Shown here piece by piece: positions 1-6,142 of a stretch of DNA of 46,053 nucleotides. The DNA comes from a virus. The notes under the pieces were generated by a model. It did not search any database. It was given only the letters and a program-made list of their open reading frames with translations, and was not told the DNA's origin. The DNA lies in IMG/VR virus record IMGVR_UViG_3300010231_000013, positions 1 to 46,053 of that record. One strand, written 5' to 3'. Within the stretch, counting starts at the first letter, position 1. The number at the start of each line of letters is the position of its first letter. The position numbers were made by a program, and so were the translations under genes.

Positions 1-55
1 ATGCGGCGGACCGTGCGGCGGACCGTGCGGCGGACCGTGCGGCGGACTCTGCGGC
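1..55. repeat. Terminal direct overlap, identical to 45999..46053 (also present at 773..827)
   Basis: String comparison by eye: at + gcggcggaccgt x3 + gcggcggactct + gcggc occurs at both window ends. Confidence 0.95.
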
Positions 56-700
56 GTACTCTGCGGCGGACCATGCGGCGGACTCTGCGGCGTACTCTGC
101 GGCGGACTCTGCGGCGTACTCTGCGGCGGACCATGCGGCGGACTCTGCGGCGTACCGTGCGGCGGACCCTGCGGCGGACCGTGCGGCGGACCATGCGGCG
201 GACCATGCGGCGGACCCTGCGGCGGACCACAGTCCATCGCTAACGTCCTCGCCGTTCCCGGCCCTGACGTGCAGGTCGATGACGTGCTGAACGACTTCCT
301 GCGCCGACCCAGCCTTCACGTAGGAAACGCGGAGAATGGCGGCATGTACGCGGTGGAGCGCGGCCTGCCAGTCGTAATCATCGGGGAGGCCGGCAAGCGT
401 CTCGGCAAGCTGGACATGCCACTTGGCGCTCTCGCCGTTCGGCAGGCCCTCGAAAACGGTATCCTGTAACAGCGCCAGCCATTCTGGGTAGCCGTAGTGT
501 TCGGCTACGATCTCATGCTTGTTTCCAAGCGCTCCGATCTCTTCGGCATCCATGTCGGGCCGGATATGATGGATATGACAACCTACGCTACAGCCCTTGA
601 AGCCGTCATCGTCATCGCCATAGGTTCCCTTGAGCAGCATGTCCGCTGCGAAGTGGGCGCGGGACTGTTCAAGCAGTTCGGTTTTCTGTTCAGGCGTCAT
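1..700 (-). CDS. Repeat-tailed protein copy A, N-terminal part of a wrap-around gene. ATG at 700; continues 46053 -> 45901. 265 aa once the 55-bp overlap is removed.
   Basis: Nt 260-700 are identical to 948-1388 (copy B), so the same start context caggcgtcat applies. 645 + 153 nt = 798 nt = 266 codons, in frame across the junction. Confidence 0.75.
   Translation of the reverse strand, partial: MTPEQKTELLEQSRAHFAADMLLKGTYGDDDDGFKGCSVGCHIHHIRPDMDAEEIGALGNKHEIVAEHYGYPEWLALLQDTVFEGLPNGESAKWHVQLAETLAGLPDDYDWQAALHRVHAAILRVSYVKAGSAQEVVQHVIDLHVRAGNGEDVSDGLWSAAGSAAWSAAWSAARSAAGSAARYAAESAAWSAAEYAAESAAEYAAESAAWSAAEYAAESAARSAARSAARSAA
3..230 (-). repeat. 12-bp tandem repeat array A, 19 units in this part. 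With 45953..46000 the circularised array has 23 units.
   Basis: Units are gcggcggaccgt, gcggcggactct, gcggcgtactct, gcggcggaccat, gcggcgtaccgt, gcggcggaccct. Head-to-tail, no spacers, in frame with the minus-strand gene. Confidence 0.95.
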
Positions 701-722
701 GTTCTCGTCCTCGTTGTGTGGT

Positions 723-1388
723 TCAGGCGGCGCGCGTCAAAGCAGCGAGAACGCCGTCACGAATTTCCTGGAATGCGGCGGACCGTGCGGCGGACCGTGC
801 GGCGGACCGTGCGGCGGACTCTGCGGCGTACTCTGCGGCGGACCATGCGGCGGACTCTGCGGCGTACCGTGCGGCGGACTCTGCGGCGGACCGTGCGGCG
901 GACCGTGCGGCGGACCACAGTTCATCGCTAACGTTCTCGCCATTCCCGGCCCTGACGTGCAGGTCGATGACGTGCTGAACGACTTCCTGCGCCGACCCAG
1001 CCTTCACGTAGGAAACGCGGAGAATGGCGGCATGTACGCGGTGGAGCGCGGCCTGCCAGTCGTAATCATCGGGGAGGCCGGCAAGCGTCTCGGCAAGCTG
1101 GACATGCCACTTGGCGCTCTCGCCGTTCGGCAGGCCCTCGAAAACGGTATCCTGTAACAGCGCCAGCCATTCTGGGTAGCCGTAGTGTTCGGCTACGATC
1201 TCATGCTTGTTTCCAAGCGCTCCGATCTCTTCGGCATCCATGTCGGGCCGGATATGATGGATATGACAACCTACGCTACAGCCCTTGAAGCCGTCATCGT
1301 CATCGCCATAGGTTCCCTTGAGCAGCATGTCCGCTGCGAAGTGGGCGCGGGACTGTTCAAGCAGTTCGGTTTTCTGTTCAGGCGTCAT
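723..1388 (-). CDS. Repeat-tailed protein copy B (221 aa). An N-domain of about 165 aa is followed by 12 tetrapeptide repeats (WSAA RSAA ESAA RYAA EYAA...) and the tail FQEIRDGVLAALTRAA.
   Basis: Track ORF. GAGGA-type RBS in cgaggacgagaac upstream of the ATG. Tight spacing within the minus-strand operon. Confidence 0.8.
   Translation of the reverse strand: MTPEQKTELLEQSRAHFAADMLLKGTYGDDDDGFKGCSVGCHIHHIRPDMDAEEIGALGNKHEIVAEHYGYPEWLALLQDTVFEGLPNGESAKWHVQLAETLAGLPDDYDWQAALHRVHAAILRVSYVKAGSAQEVVQHVIDLHVRAGNGENVSDELWSAARSAARSAAESAARYAAESAAWSAAEYAAESAARSAARSAARSAAFQEIRDGVLAALTRAA
775..918 (-). repeat. 12-bp tandem repeat array B, 12 units
   Basis: Same unit family as array A. The first five units are identical to units 1-5 of array A. 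Confidence 0.95.
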
Positions 1389-1424
1389 GTTCTCGTCCTC
1401 GATTTGAAAAGGGGTCAGCGCACC

Positions 1425-1748
1425 TCAAAGGACGCGGCTGTGATAGTCCCGGAGAAGATCGTCCGGGTGCGGAATGCCGCGCGCGTCGTCTTCATCTTCG
1501 GGCTCGCAGGGCATGGCCTGCAACTGCTCGTAGTGATCGCGGCAGATGCGTTCGACCTCGGCTGTGTTCCAGCACTTGCGAAGGCCCTTTTCGGGGAGCG
1601 AGACGTAGTACTCCGCGCCATCCTGTGAGCCGCCGTAGGAGGCGTTCTCGTTCAGCCAGAGCGTGAAGTAGGTGTAGGGGCCGCTCTCGCGACGTTCCCA
1701 AAGCGGGTAGGTGATGGCGGGGAGGGCTTTCACTGCGAGGGAGGTCAT
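1425..1748 (-). CDS. Hypothetical protein (107 aa), early-left operon
   Basis: Track ORF with plausible composition. The stop lies 3 nt from the upstream gene. Confidence 0.6.
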   Translation of the reverse strand: MTSLAVKALPAITYPLWERRESGPYTYFTLWLNENASYGGSQDGAEYYVSLPEKGLRKCWNTAEVERICRDHYEQLQAMPCEPEDEDDARGIPHPDDLLRDYHSRVL

Positions 1749-1750
1749 GG

Positions 1751-1951
1751 TTAGGCCTCCGCTATCCGGTAAGCGATGATGCTCGTGTCTCGCCCTTTTC
1801 GATAAATCCAGTTCGGGGCGATTTCTCCGGCCGGGCCAGCGATAACGCTTTCAACGCCGTCCTTGAACCGAACGTGTACAATGGCATCGGGGTCGCCTTC
1901 CCAAGGGCCCCCATCCCAGTCGATCCACTCGGAGAATTTCTGAACGATCAT
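1751..1951 (-). CDS. Hypothetical protein (66 aa)
   Basis: Track ORF, tightly packed in the minus-strand operon. Confidence 0.6.
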   Translation of the reverse strand: MIVQKFSEWIDWDGGPWEGDPDAIVHVRFKDGVESVIAGPAGEIAPNWIYRKGRDTSIIAYRIAEA

Positions 1952-1954
1952 CGA

Positions 1955-2125
1955 TCAGGCCTCCGAGCGGATAATGAACTGCTTGTTGACAAGCACCCGG
2001 CGCGCCTTGGCCTTATCGGCGTAGCCGCCCTTGACGCGCTTGACCTCGACGCAGTCGAACTGAGCGCCGAAGTCGGCAATGACGCGGAAAATCTGGTTTG
2101 CGGTGTTTTCGATGAACTTCGGCAT
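1955..2125 (-). CDS. Hypothetical protein (56 aa, MPKFIENTANQIF...), first gene of the leftward operon
   Basis: Internal ATG at 2125 preceded by GGGAGCAAAGAAG. The longer 117-aa track ORF would run through the operator region into the repressor gene. Confidence 0.55.
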   Translation of the reverse strand: MPKFIENTANQIFRVIADFGAQFDCVEVKRVKGGYADKAKARRVLVNKQFIIRSEA

Positions 2126-2143
2126 CTTCTTTGCTCCCAAGTT

Positions 2144-2160
2144 CGGGAGACTGTCTCCCG
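2144..2160. promoter_or_regulatory. Perfect 17-nt palindrome CGGGAGAC-T-GTCTCCCG in the leader of the leftward operon
   Basis: Read directly. Lies between the putative leftward promoter/operator and the first leftward gene. Confidence 0.5.
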
Positions 2161-2210
2161 TTGTCTTTCGCCCTGGCCGGTGCCAGTGGGTGGCTGATGG
2201 GGAGACTATG

Positions 2211-2245
2211 ACAAATAAATTTGTGGTGCGCAACAAAAAAATTTG
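2211..2245. promoter_or_regulatory. Left operator region: perfect ACAAATAAATTTGT (2211-2224) plus degenerate ACAAAAAAATTTGG (2232-2245)
   Basis: The same 14-bp palindrome (as reverse complement) occurs at 2901-2914 on the other side of the repressor gene. Confidence 0.6.
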
Positions 2246-2255
2246 GCGGCGACAA

Positions 2256-2843
2256 TTATCTTGGTCGAATCGACGTGACCTTCGCGGCCCACTCGACCTC
2301 GACGTCAAAATCCGGCGGTGCGTTGTAAGAGATCAGGTGGAAGTGACCGGGCTTGCTGCCCGCCATCAGTTTCTTGATGACGATTCTGCCGTCTGCGCGG
2401 CCGATGACGCATACACGCCCTAGCAAATCCGAAGTGACCGGCTGTCGCCTGTCGTCGTAGAAAACGGTATCGCCGTCTTCTATGCGCCCGCCCATGCTGT
2501 CACCGCGAATTTCAAGAGCGACGGTATGTTCCGTGCTCATTTCCGGTGCTTCTACTTGCCCAAGGTTTCCTTGCCCTTCGGAGAAGTCTACAGCCCCTGA
2601 GCCGGCTAAAGCAATCCCAACAATTGGGACCATGCCGGATTCACCTTTTATCCCGTCCAAAAGGAACTCAGGGTTAATGGACAGTGCCCGCGCAATGGCC
2701 GTGAGGTTCTGCGGCTTCTTGGTCTTGCCAGCCTCGATAGCCTGGATCGTCTGAGGCTTGATCCCCACGCGACGTGCCAGGTCCCCTTGAGACCAGCCCC
2801 GCGTTTCGCGCGCCTCTCTCAGTCGTTTTGCCAAGTCTGCCAT
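2256..2843 (-). CDS. CI-like repressor: XRE-type HTH plus S24 (LexA-like) autopeptidase domain, 195 aa from ATG 2843
   Basis: HTH GWSQGDLARRVGIKPQTIQAIEAG. Candidate Ala-Gly cleavage site ALAGSG. Catalytic GDSM and IKKL motifs. Divergent from the cro-like gene. No SD before either ATG, so possibly leaderless like lambda cI. Confidence 0.9.
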   Translation of the reverse strand: MADLAKRLREARETRGWSQGDLARRVGIKPQTIQAIEAGKTKKPQNLTAIARALSINPEFLLDGIKGESGMVPIVGIALAGSGAVDFSEGQGNLGQVEAPEMSTEHTVALEIRGDSMGGRIEDGDTVFYDDRRQPVTSDLLGRVCVIGRADGRIVIKKLMAGSKPGHFHLISYNAPPDFDVEVEWAAKVTSIRPR

Positions 2844-2880
2844 GTGGCAGAGTTTAAATTTTATGGGCCTCATCCGCGCG

Positions 2881-2914
2881 CCAAAGATATTTGTTGCATG
2901 ACAAATTTATTTGT
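2881..2914. promoter_or_regulatory. Right operator region: perfect ACAAATTTATTTGT (2901-2914) plus degenerate CCAAAGATATTTGT (2881-2894)
   Basis: Lies in the 85-bp divergent intergenic region between the repressor and the cro-like gene. Confidence 0.6.
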
Positions 2915-2928
2915 GGCATGACGGGAGC

Positions 2929-3177
2929 ATGGAACAGCCCACGACACCTCTTGAGCGCGCCATCAAACATTGCGGCAGCATCGCAGAATTGGCGAGGCGC
3001 ATAGACCGATCCCCGCAGCTCGTCGGGTATTGGCGCAATGCGGTCAAAGGCGTCCCGGCCGAGGAAGCTCCGCGCATCGAAGCCGCCGTCGATGGCGCTG
3101 TTACGAGGCAGGAGCTTTGCCCCAACGTCTTTGGGTCGCCCACCACCCAACCCGCACAGGAAGGGCAGGCGGCATAG
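2929..3177 (+). CDS. Cro/YdaS-like small HTH regulator
   Basis: CGSIAELARRIDRSPQLVGYWRN HTH. Position divergent from the repressor. Start uncertain (ATG 2929 with very short SD spacing, or TTG 2911). Confidence 0.75.
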   Translation: MEQPTTPLERAIKHCGSIAELARRIDRSPQLVGYWRNAVKGVPAEEAPRIEAAVDGAVTRQELCPNVFGSPTTQPAQEGQAA

Positions 3178-3179
3178 CC

Positions 3180-3461
3180 ATGAGCGAGACAGGCGACAAT
3201 ACCGGCGCAAACCAGCTTCGCGCCTTGGTCGAGCGGATCGAACGGATCGAGGAAGAAATCGCCGATCTGAACCGCGACAAGTCCGAAATCTACAAGGAAG
3301 CCAAGAGCGGCGGGTTCAACGTCAAGGTGCTGCGCAAGGTGATCGCCGCGCGCCGGCAGGACGCCAGCGAACGGCAGGAAACCGAAGCCATTTTCGATCT
3401 CTACTGGGGAGCGATCCATGGCGACGCTCACGTGCGTGCACGCGAGGGGATTCCATCATGA
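3180..3461 (+). CDS. GapR-like DNA-binding protein (DUF2312 / UPF0335 family), 93 aa
   Basis: QLRALVERIERIEEEIADLNRDKSEIYKEAKSGGFNVKVLRKVIAARRQDASERQETEAIFDLY closely parallels Caulobacter GapR as recalled. Confidence 0.85.
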   Translation: MSETGDNTGANQLRALVERIERIEEEIADLNRDKSEIYKEAKSGGFNVKVLRKVIAARRQDASERQETEAIFDLYWGAIHGDAHVRAREGIPS

Positions 3462-3874
3462 CTGGGCGCCTTGAGGAAATCCGCAACGAAGCAATCGAGC
3501 AGGAAGCCTATTGGCGCGCCCGGCGTGTAGGTTACCTCCGCATCGGCCTTGAAGAAGCCCGCGATGCGGGAATGACCGTTGCCAAAGCGGCGGCATATCT
3601 CGGCATTACACAAAACGCCCTGTACGCTGCTTGCTACCGGCATCGCATAAAACTGGCGAAGGCGTCTCGTCCTCGGCGCGCTTCGAGCCTTGTCGATCAC
3701 AGCATTGCTTGTTCGGCCCCCGCCAATATCGAAATCCGGGAAACCATTCGTGATACCGCGCTCGCCAATCGCGGGAAGGCCACCGCTGCCGAAATCGCGG
3801 CGGCCATAGGCGTCACTCGCAATGCAATCATCGGGCATTGGTTTCGCGCTCGGAAGGAAGGGGCTTCCGCATGA
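3458..3874 (+). CDS. Two-HTH protein with a GcrA-like C-terminal HTH (138 aa)
   Basis: ATAAEIAAAIGVTRNAIIGHWFR matches the GcrA N-terminal signature SASQIAAxLGGVSRNAVIGKVHR. ATGA overlap with the upstream stop. Confidence 0.7.
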   Translation: MTGRLEEIRNEAIEQEAYWRARRVGYLRIGLEEARDAGMTVAKAAAYLGITQNALYAACYRHRIKLAKASRPRRASSLVDHSIACSAPANIEIRETIRDTALANRGKATAAEIAAAIGVTRNAIIGHWFRARKEGASA

Positions 3875-4065
3875 GCGCCCTCTCCGACCCCAACGCCTCC
3901 CGCAAGCTAAAGCCGTCCGCTCGAAGCCTGTTCCTCCTGGGAATGGACACGGTTGAAATAGCCGAGCGTCTTGGCGTTTTGGAAGCCGTCGCATCTCGTT
4001 TCATCTTCGTCGCCCGGTGCCGTGAGAAGGGACTGCCCGCGATCGTCGAAAGGCGTCCGTCATGA
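3871..4065 (+). CDS. Hypothetical small protein (64 aa), possible HTH
   Basis: GGAAGGAAGGGG RBS. ATGA overlap with the upstream gene. Confidence 0.6.
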   Translation: MSALSDPNASRKLKPSARSLFLLGMDTVEIAERLGVLEAVASRFIFVARCREKGLPAIVERRPS

Positions 4066-4145
4066 GCGACCCCATCACCATCATCGACGTGATCCTCTGG
4101 ACCATGCTCGGCCTTGCCGTGTGGAAGGCGGGGAGGGCGATATGA
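4062..4145 (+). CDS. Candidate 27-aa transmembrane micropeptide (MSDPITIIDVILWTMLGLAVWKAGRAI)
   Basis: Below the track cut-off. ATGA overlaps at both ends fill an otherwise 77-nt gap. Single hydrophobic helix. Confidence 0.35.
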   Translation: MSDPITIIDVILWTMLGLAVWKAGRAI

Positions 4146-4783
4146 TCGCGGCTCTCTTCGTGCAAACCGGTGGGTGCTACTATGGCATCGATGGCGTTGA
4201 CCCGTGGGACGAAGCCAGAGACGCGCGGCTTTATGACGGGCCTTGGCCTGTCGTCGCGCATCCTCCCTGCCAGCGATGGGGGAAGCTTTGGGCCGGACAG
4301 CCGCTGTTCATCAAACGCACTGGAATCCGCAAGACCAAGGGTGATGATGGCGGTTGTTTTGAGGCGGCGCTGGCTGCGGTCCGTCGATACGGCGGTGTTA
4401 TCGAGCATCCGTGGGGCAGTCATGCCTGGGCGCATTTCGGCATAAACAGGCCACCGCGTTCTGGTGGGTGGGTTTGTGCTGACTTTCATGGCGGCTGGAC
4501 CTGTTGCGTTGAGCAGGGACGTTACGGGCACTATGCACGCAAGCCCACGCTTCTTCTGGCCTATCATTGCGATCTGCCGGAACTGGACTGGGGCATCGGC
4601 GCATCGCGTCTTGATCCCGCCATCATCGAGCGAATGGGCCTTGAGCGCGCCAAACGGCTGGGCGAGGTCGGCGGTCGCGGCGGTGGCAAGGACAGTGCAC
4701 CTCGCATCGGTACTCCGATACCGTTCCGCGATCTCCTGATTTCCATCGCGTCCACCGCGATCAGACAGCGGGTGGCGGCATGA
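4142..4783 (+). CDS. Minimal C5 cytosine-methyltransferase-like protein (213 aa) with no obvious target-recognition domain
   Basis: LFVQTGGCY (motif I-like), HPPCQRWG (motif IV PCQ), VIEHPWG (motif VI-like), IGTPIPFRDLL (motif X-like). GGGGAGGG RBS. Function uncertain. Confidence 0.6.
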   Translation: MIAALFVQTGGCYYGIDGVDPWDEARDARLYDGPWPVVAHPPCQRWGKLWAGQPLFIKRTGIRKTKGDDGGCFEAALAAVRRYGGVIEHPWGSHAWAHFGINRPPRSGGWVCADFHGGWTCCVEQGRYGHYARKPTLLLAYHCDLPELDWGIGASRLDPAIIERMGLERAKRLGEVGGRGGGKDSAPRIGTPIPFRDLLISIASTAIRQRVAA

Positions 4784-5313
4784 CCTCACACACGAATTGC
4801 CCGGACGGGCAGGGGGACGACTTCGCCCGTCCGGGCTACAGCGGGTCGAGGACGCCCGCTTGTCCGCAATCTGAAAACGATGAGCGTCGAACCGCGTTCA
4901 CAACGTCCACCCGGACCGTGTTCGTCGCGATCTGCTCCAGCAATGGCGTCATCGTCAGAGCCCGAGGTGTTGCTGGCCCTCCATTGAGAACGCATGAAAC
5001 TGGACTGAAAATCCTCGGGCTCGCATTCCGTCCCGCGCGTACTCCCCGCGCGGTTCGCGTCGGAGGCTTGGGCAGACTCCTCCCCTGCCTGGGCTTCCGA
5101 CGCCCCAATTCTGTCGGGCCGTTTAAGGCCGCCCGACGCCTTTTTCTGTCGCTGCTCGTCAAGCCTGCGAAGCAACCGAGCGGCGGCTTCTCCAAGTGTT
5201 TCCGGTCCTTTGCTGGTGCGCTGTTCCATGCCCGAAACAAGAGCATGGAGCTGCGAGCATGGCGTACCGAGAAACTGAGTCTTTCAAGCAGAAATCGGGG
5301 CATGAGTACATGA
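4780..5313 (+). CDS. Doubtful ORF (177 aa, Arg/Ser/Pro/Gly/Cys-rich), coding status unresolved
   Basis: For: ATGA overlaps at both ends and an open frame. Against: wrong-frame-like composition, strong internal hairpins, and position-specific GC at 4841-4960 that fits the minus strand better. Confidence 0.3.
   Translation: MTSHTNCPDGQGDDFARPGYSGSRTPACPQSENDERRTAFTTSTRTVFVAICSSNGVIVRARGVAGPPLRTHETGLKILGLAFRPARTPRAVRVGGLGRLLPCLGFRRPNSVGPFKAARRLFLSLLVKPAKQPSGGFSKCFRSFAGALFHARNKSMELRAWRTEKLSLSSRNRGMST
4799..4836. other. Perfect 12-bp inverted repeat gcccggacgggc / gcccgtccgggc with a 14-nt loop
   Basis: Read directly. Starts 16 nt after the stop of the preceding gene. No U-tract follows. Confidence 0.6.
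5113..5145 (+). terminator. Terminator-like hairpin gtcgggc-N11-gcccgac followed by gccTTTTT
   Basis: Read directly. Lies inside the doubtful ORF 4780..5313. Confidence 0.3.
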
Positions 5314-5669
5314 GTTCCTCCGAGGTTGCCGGCGATTACGTCCGGCGAATGATTGAACACGAGACGAAGGGCTGGGGCGATCAGCAGAACGCCCTTGCCA
5401 GATTGGAGGCCCGCTACGGGCTCCCTTTTTGGTCCCTCACCAATCTCAAATCAGGCCGCGCAAAGACGGTCGAGGCCGGGCTCTTTGCCCGCATCAGGGC
5501 GGCTTATTTGGACCTGTGCCAGCGCCAGGTCAGCAAGCTCCAGCACGAAATCGCTATCGAGAAGGCCCTGACCGACGATGACAATCTTGCAGATTTGGAG
5601 AGCGAGGCTCGCCGTCTTGCGGCGCGGATTGCGCAGACGCGGGCGAAACGCATGGTTGGCCGCCGTTGA
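5310..5669 (+). CDS. Hypothetical protein (119 aa, MSSSEVAGDYVRRMIEHE...)
   Basis: Protein-like composition from this ATG onward. An alternative start at 5259 has GGAG 8 nt upstream. Confidence 0.7.
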   Translation: MSSSEVAGDYVRRMIEHETKGWGDQQNALARLEARYGLPFWSLTNLKSGRAKTVEAGLFARIRAAYLDLCQRQVSKLQHEIAIEKALTDDDNLADLESEARRLAARIAQTRAKRMVGRR

Positions 5670-5690
5670 GCGGCTGAGAAGGAGGACGTG

Positions 5691-5807
5691 ATGGAGCTTC
5701 TGTTTACCATTGGGGTTGTCGTCGGCTGTTTTATCGGCGGATTTGCTGCCGTCGTCCTGTTGAGGTTGGCCATTCAATACGCCGTCATGCGCGGCTTGGG
5801 GTGGTAA
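5691..5807 (+). CDS. 38-aa membrane peptide (MELLFTIGVVVGCFIGGFAAVVLLRLAIQYAVMRGLGW)
   Basis: Below the track cut-off. Near-consensus RBS AAGGAGGA 5 nt upstream. Fills the gap between genes. Confidence 0.6.
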   Translation: MELLFTIGVVVGCFIGGFAAVVLLRLAIQYAVMRGLGW

Positions 5808-5809
5808 CC

Positions 5810-6142
5810 ATGAACGCCATCCCCGACGCCGACGACTTCGAACTGACGCTGGAGCTTCCCAAGCTTCAAGGCTTGGACATGCGCGGCGACTTCCTCCGCG
5901 CCGAAGTCTCCTATCTCCACAACCGCATTGCCGAGATCAAGCGCCAGGAAAAGGCGGAAAGGGCGAGGCTGGCACAGGAGCGCGCCGACGAACGCCGTCG
6001 CCATGCCGAGACGATGAAAGAGCTTGGCGAGGATGAGGCTGACTACCGCCGCCGCGTCAAGCTCGCCATCGCCGAAGCCGAAGCCGTCATTGCTTCGGAC
6101 ATGGCCGCGTTGAAGCCCATTTCCCTCGCGCTTGCGGAGTAG
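5810..6142 (+). CDS. Hypothetical coiled-coil protein (110 aa)
   Basis: Track ORF trimmed to its ATG. Charged helical composition. Confidence 0.7.
   Translation: MNAIPDADDFELTLELPKLQGLDMRGDFLRAEVSYLHNRIAEIKRQEKAERARLAQERADERRRHAETMKELGEDEADYRRRVKLAIAEAEAVIASDMAALKPISLALAE

Noticed and set aside
3-230. CRISPR array
   Set aside because: The repeats are 12 bp, strictly head-to-tail with no spacers, and lie inside a coding sequence. This is a microsatellite, not a CRISPR array.
1-243. Plus-strand ORFs MRRTVRRT... (1..243, tail of 497..931), CGGPCGGP... (630..1157) and AADRAADS... (718..978), plus minus ORF 737..943
   Set aside because: These are read-through artefacts of the 12-bp repeat, which has no stops in any of six frames. 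Only the minus frame that continues into the conserved N-domain, with an RBS and operon context, is credible.
1955-2308. 117-aa version of the first leftward gene, and the 205-aa version of the repressor (2256..2873)
   Set aside because: The long forms overlap each other and the operator palindromes. Internal ATGs (2125 with a GGGAG RBS; 2843 just before the HTH) give sensible gene boundaries.
3038-3874. 278-aa ORF spanning the cro, GapR and GcrA-like region
   Set aside because: Only the last 138 codons (from ATG 3458) are protein-like. The upstream part is the alternative frame of the cro-like and GapR-like genes.
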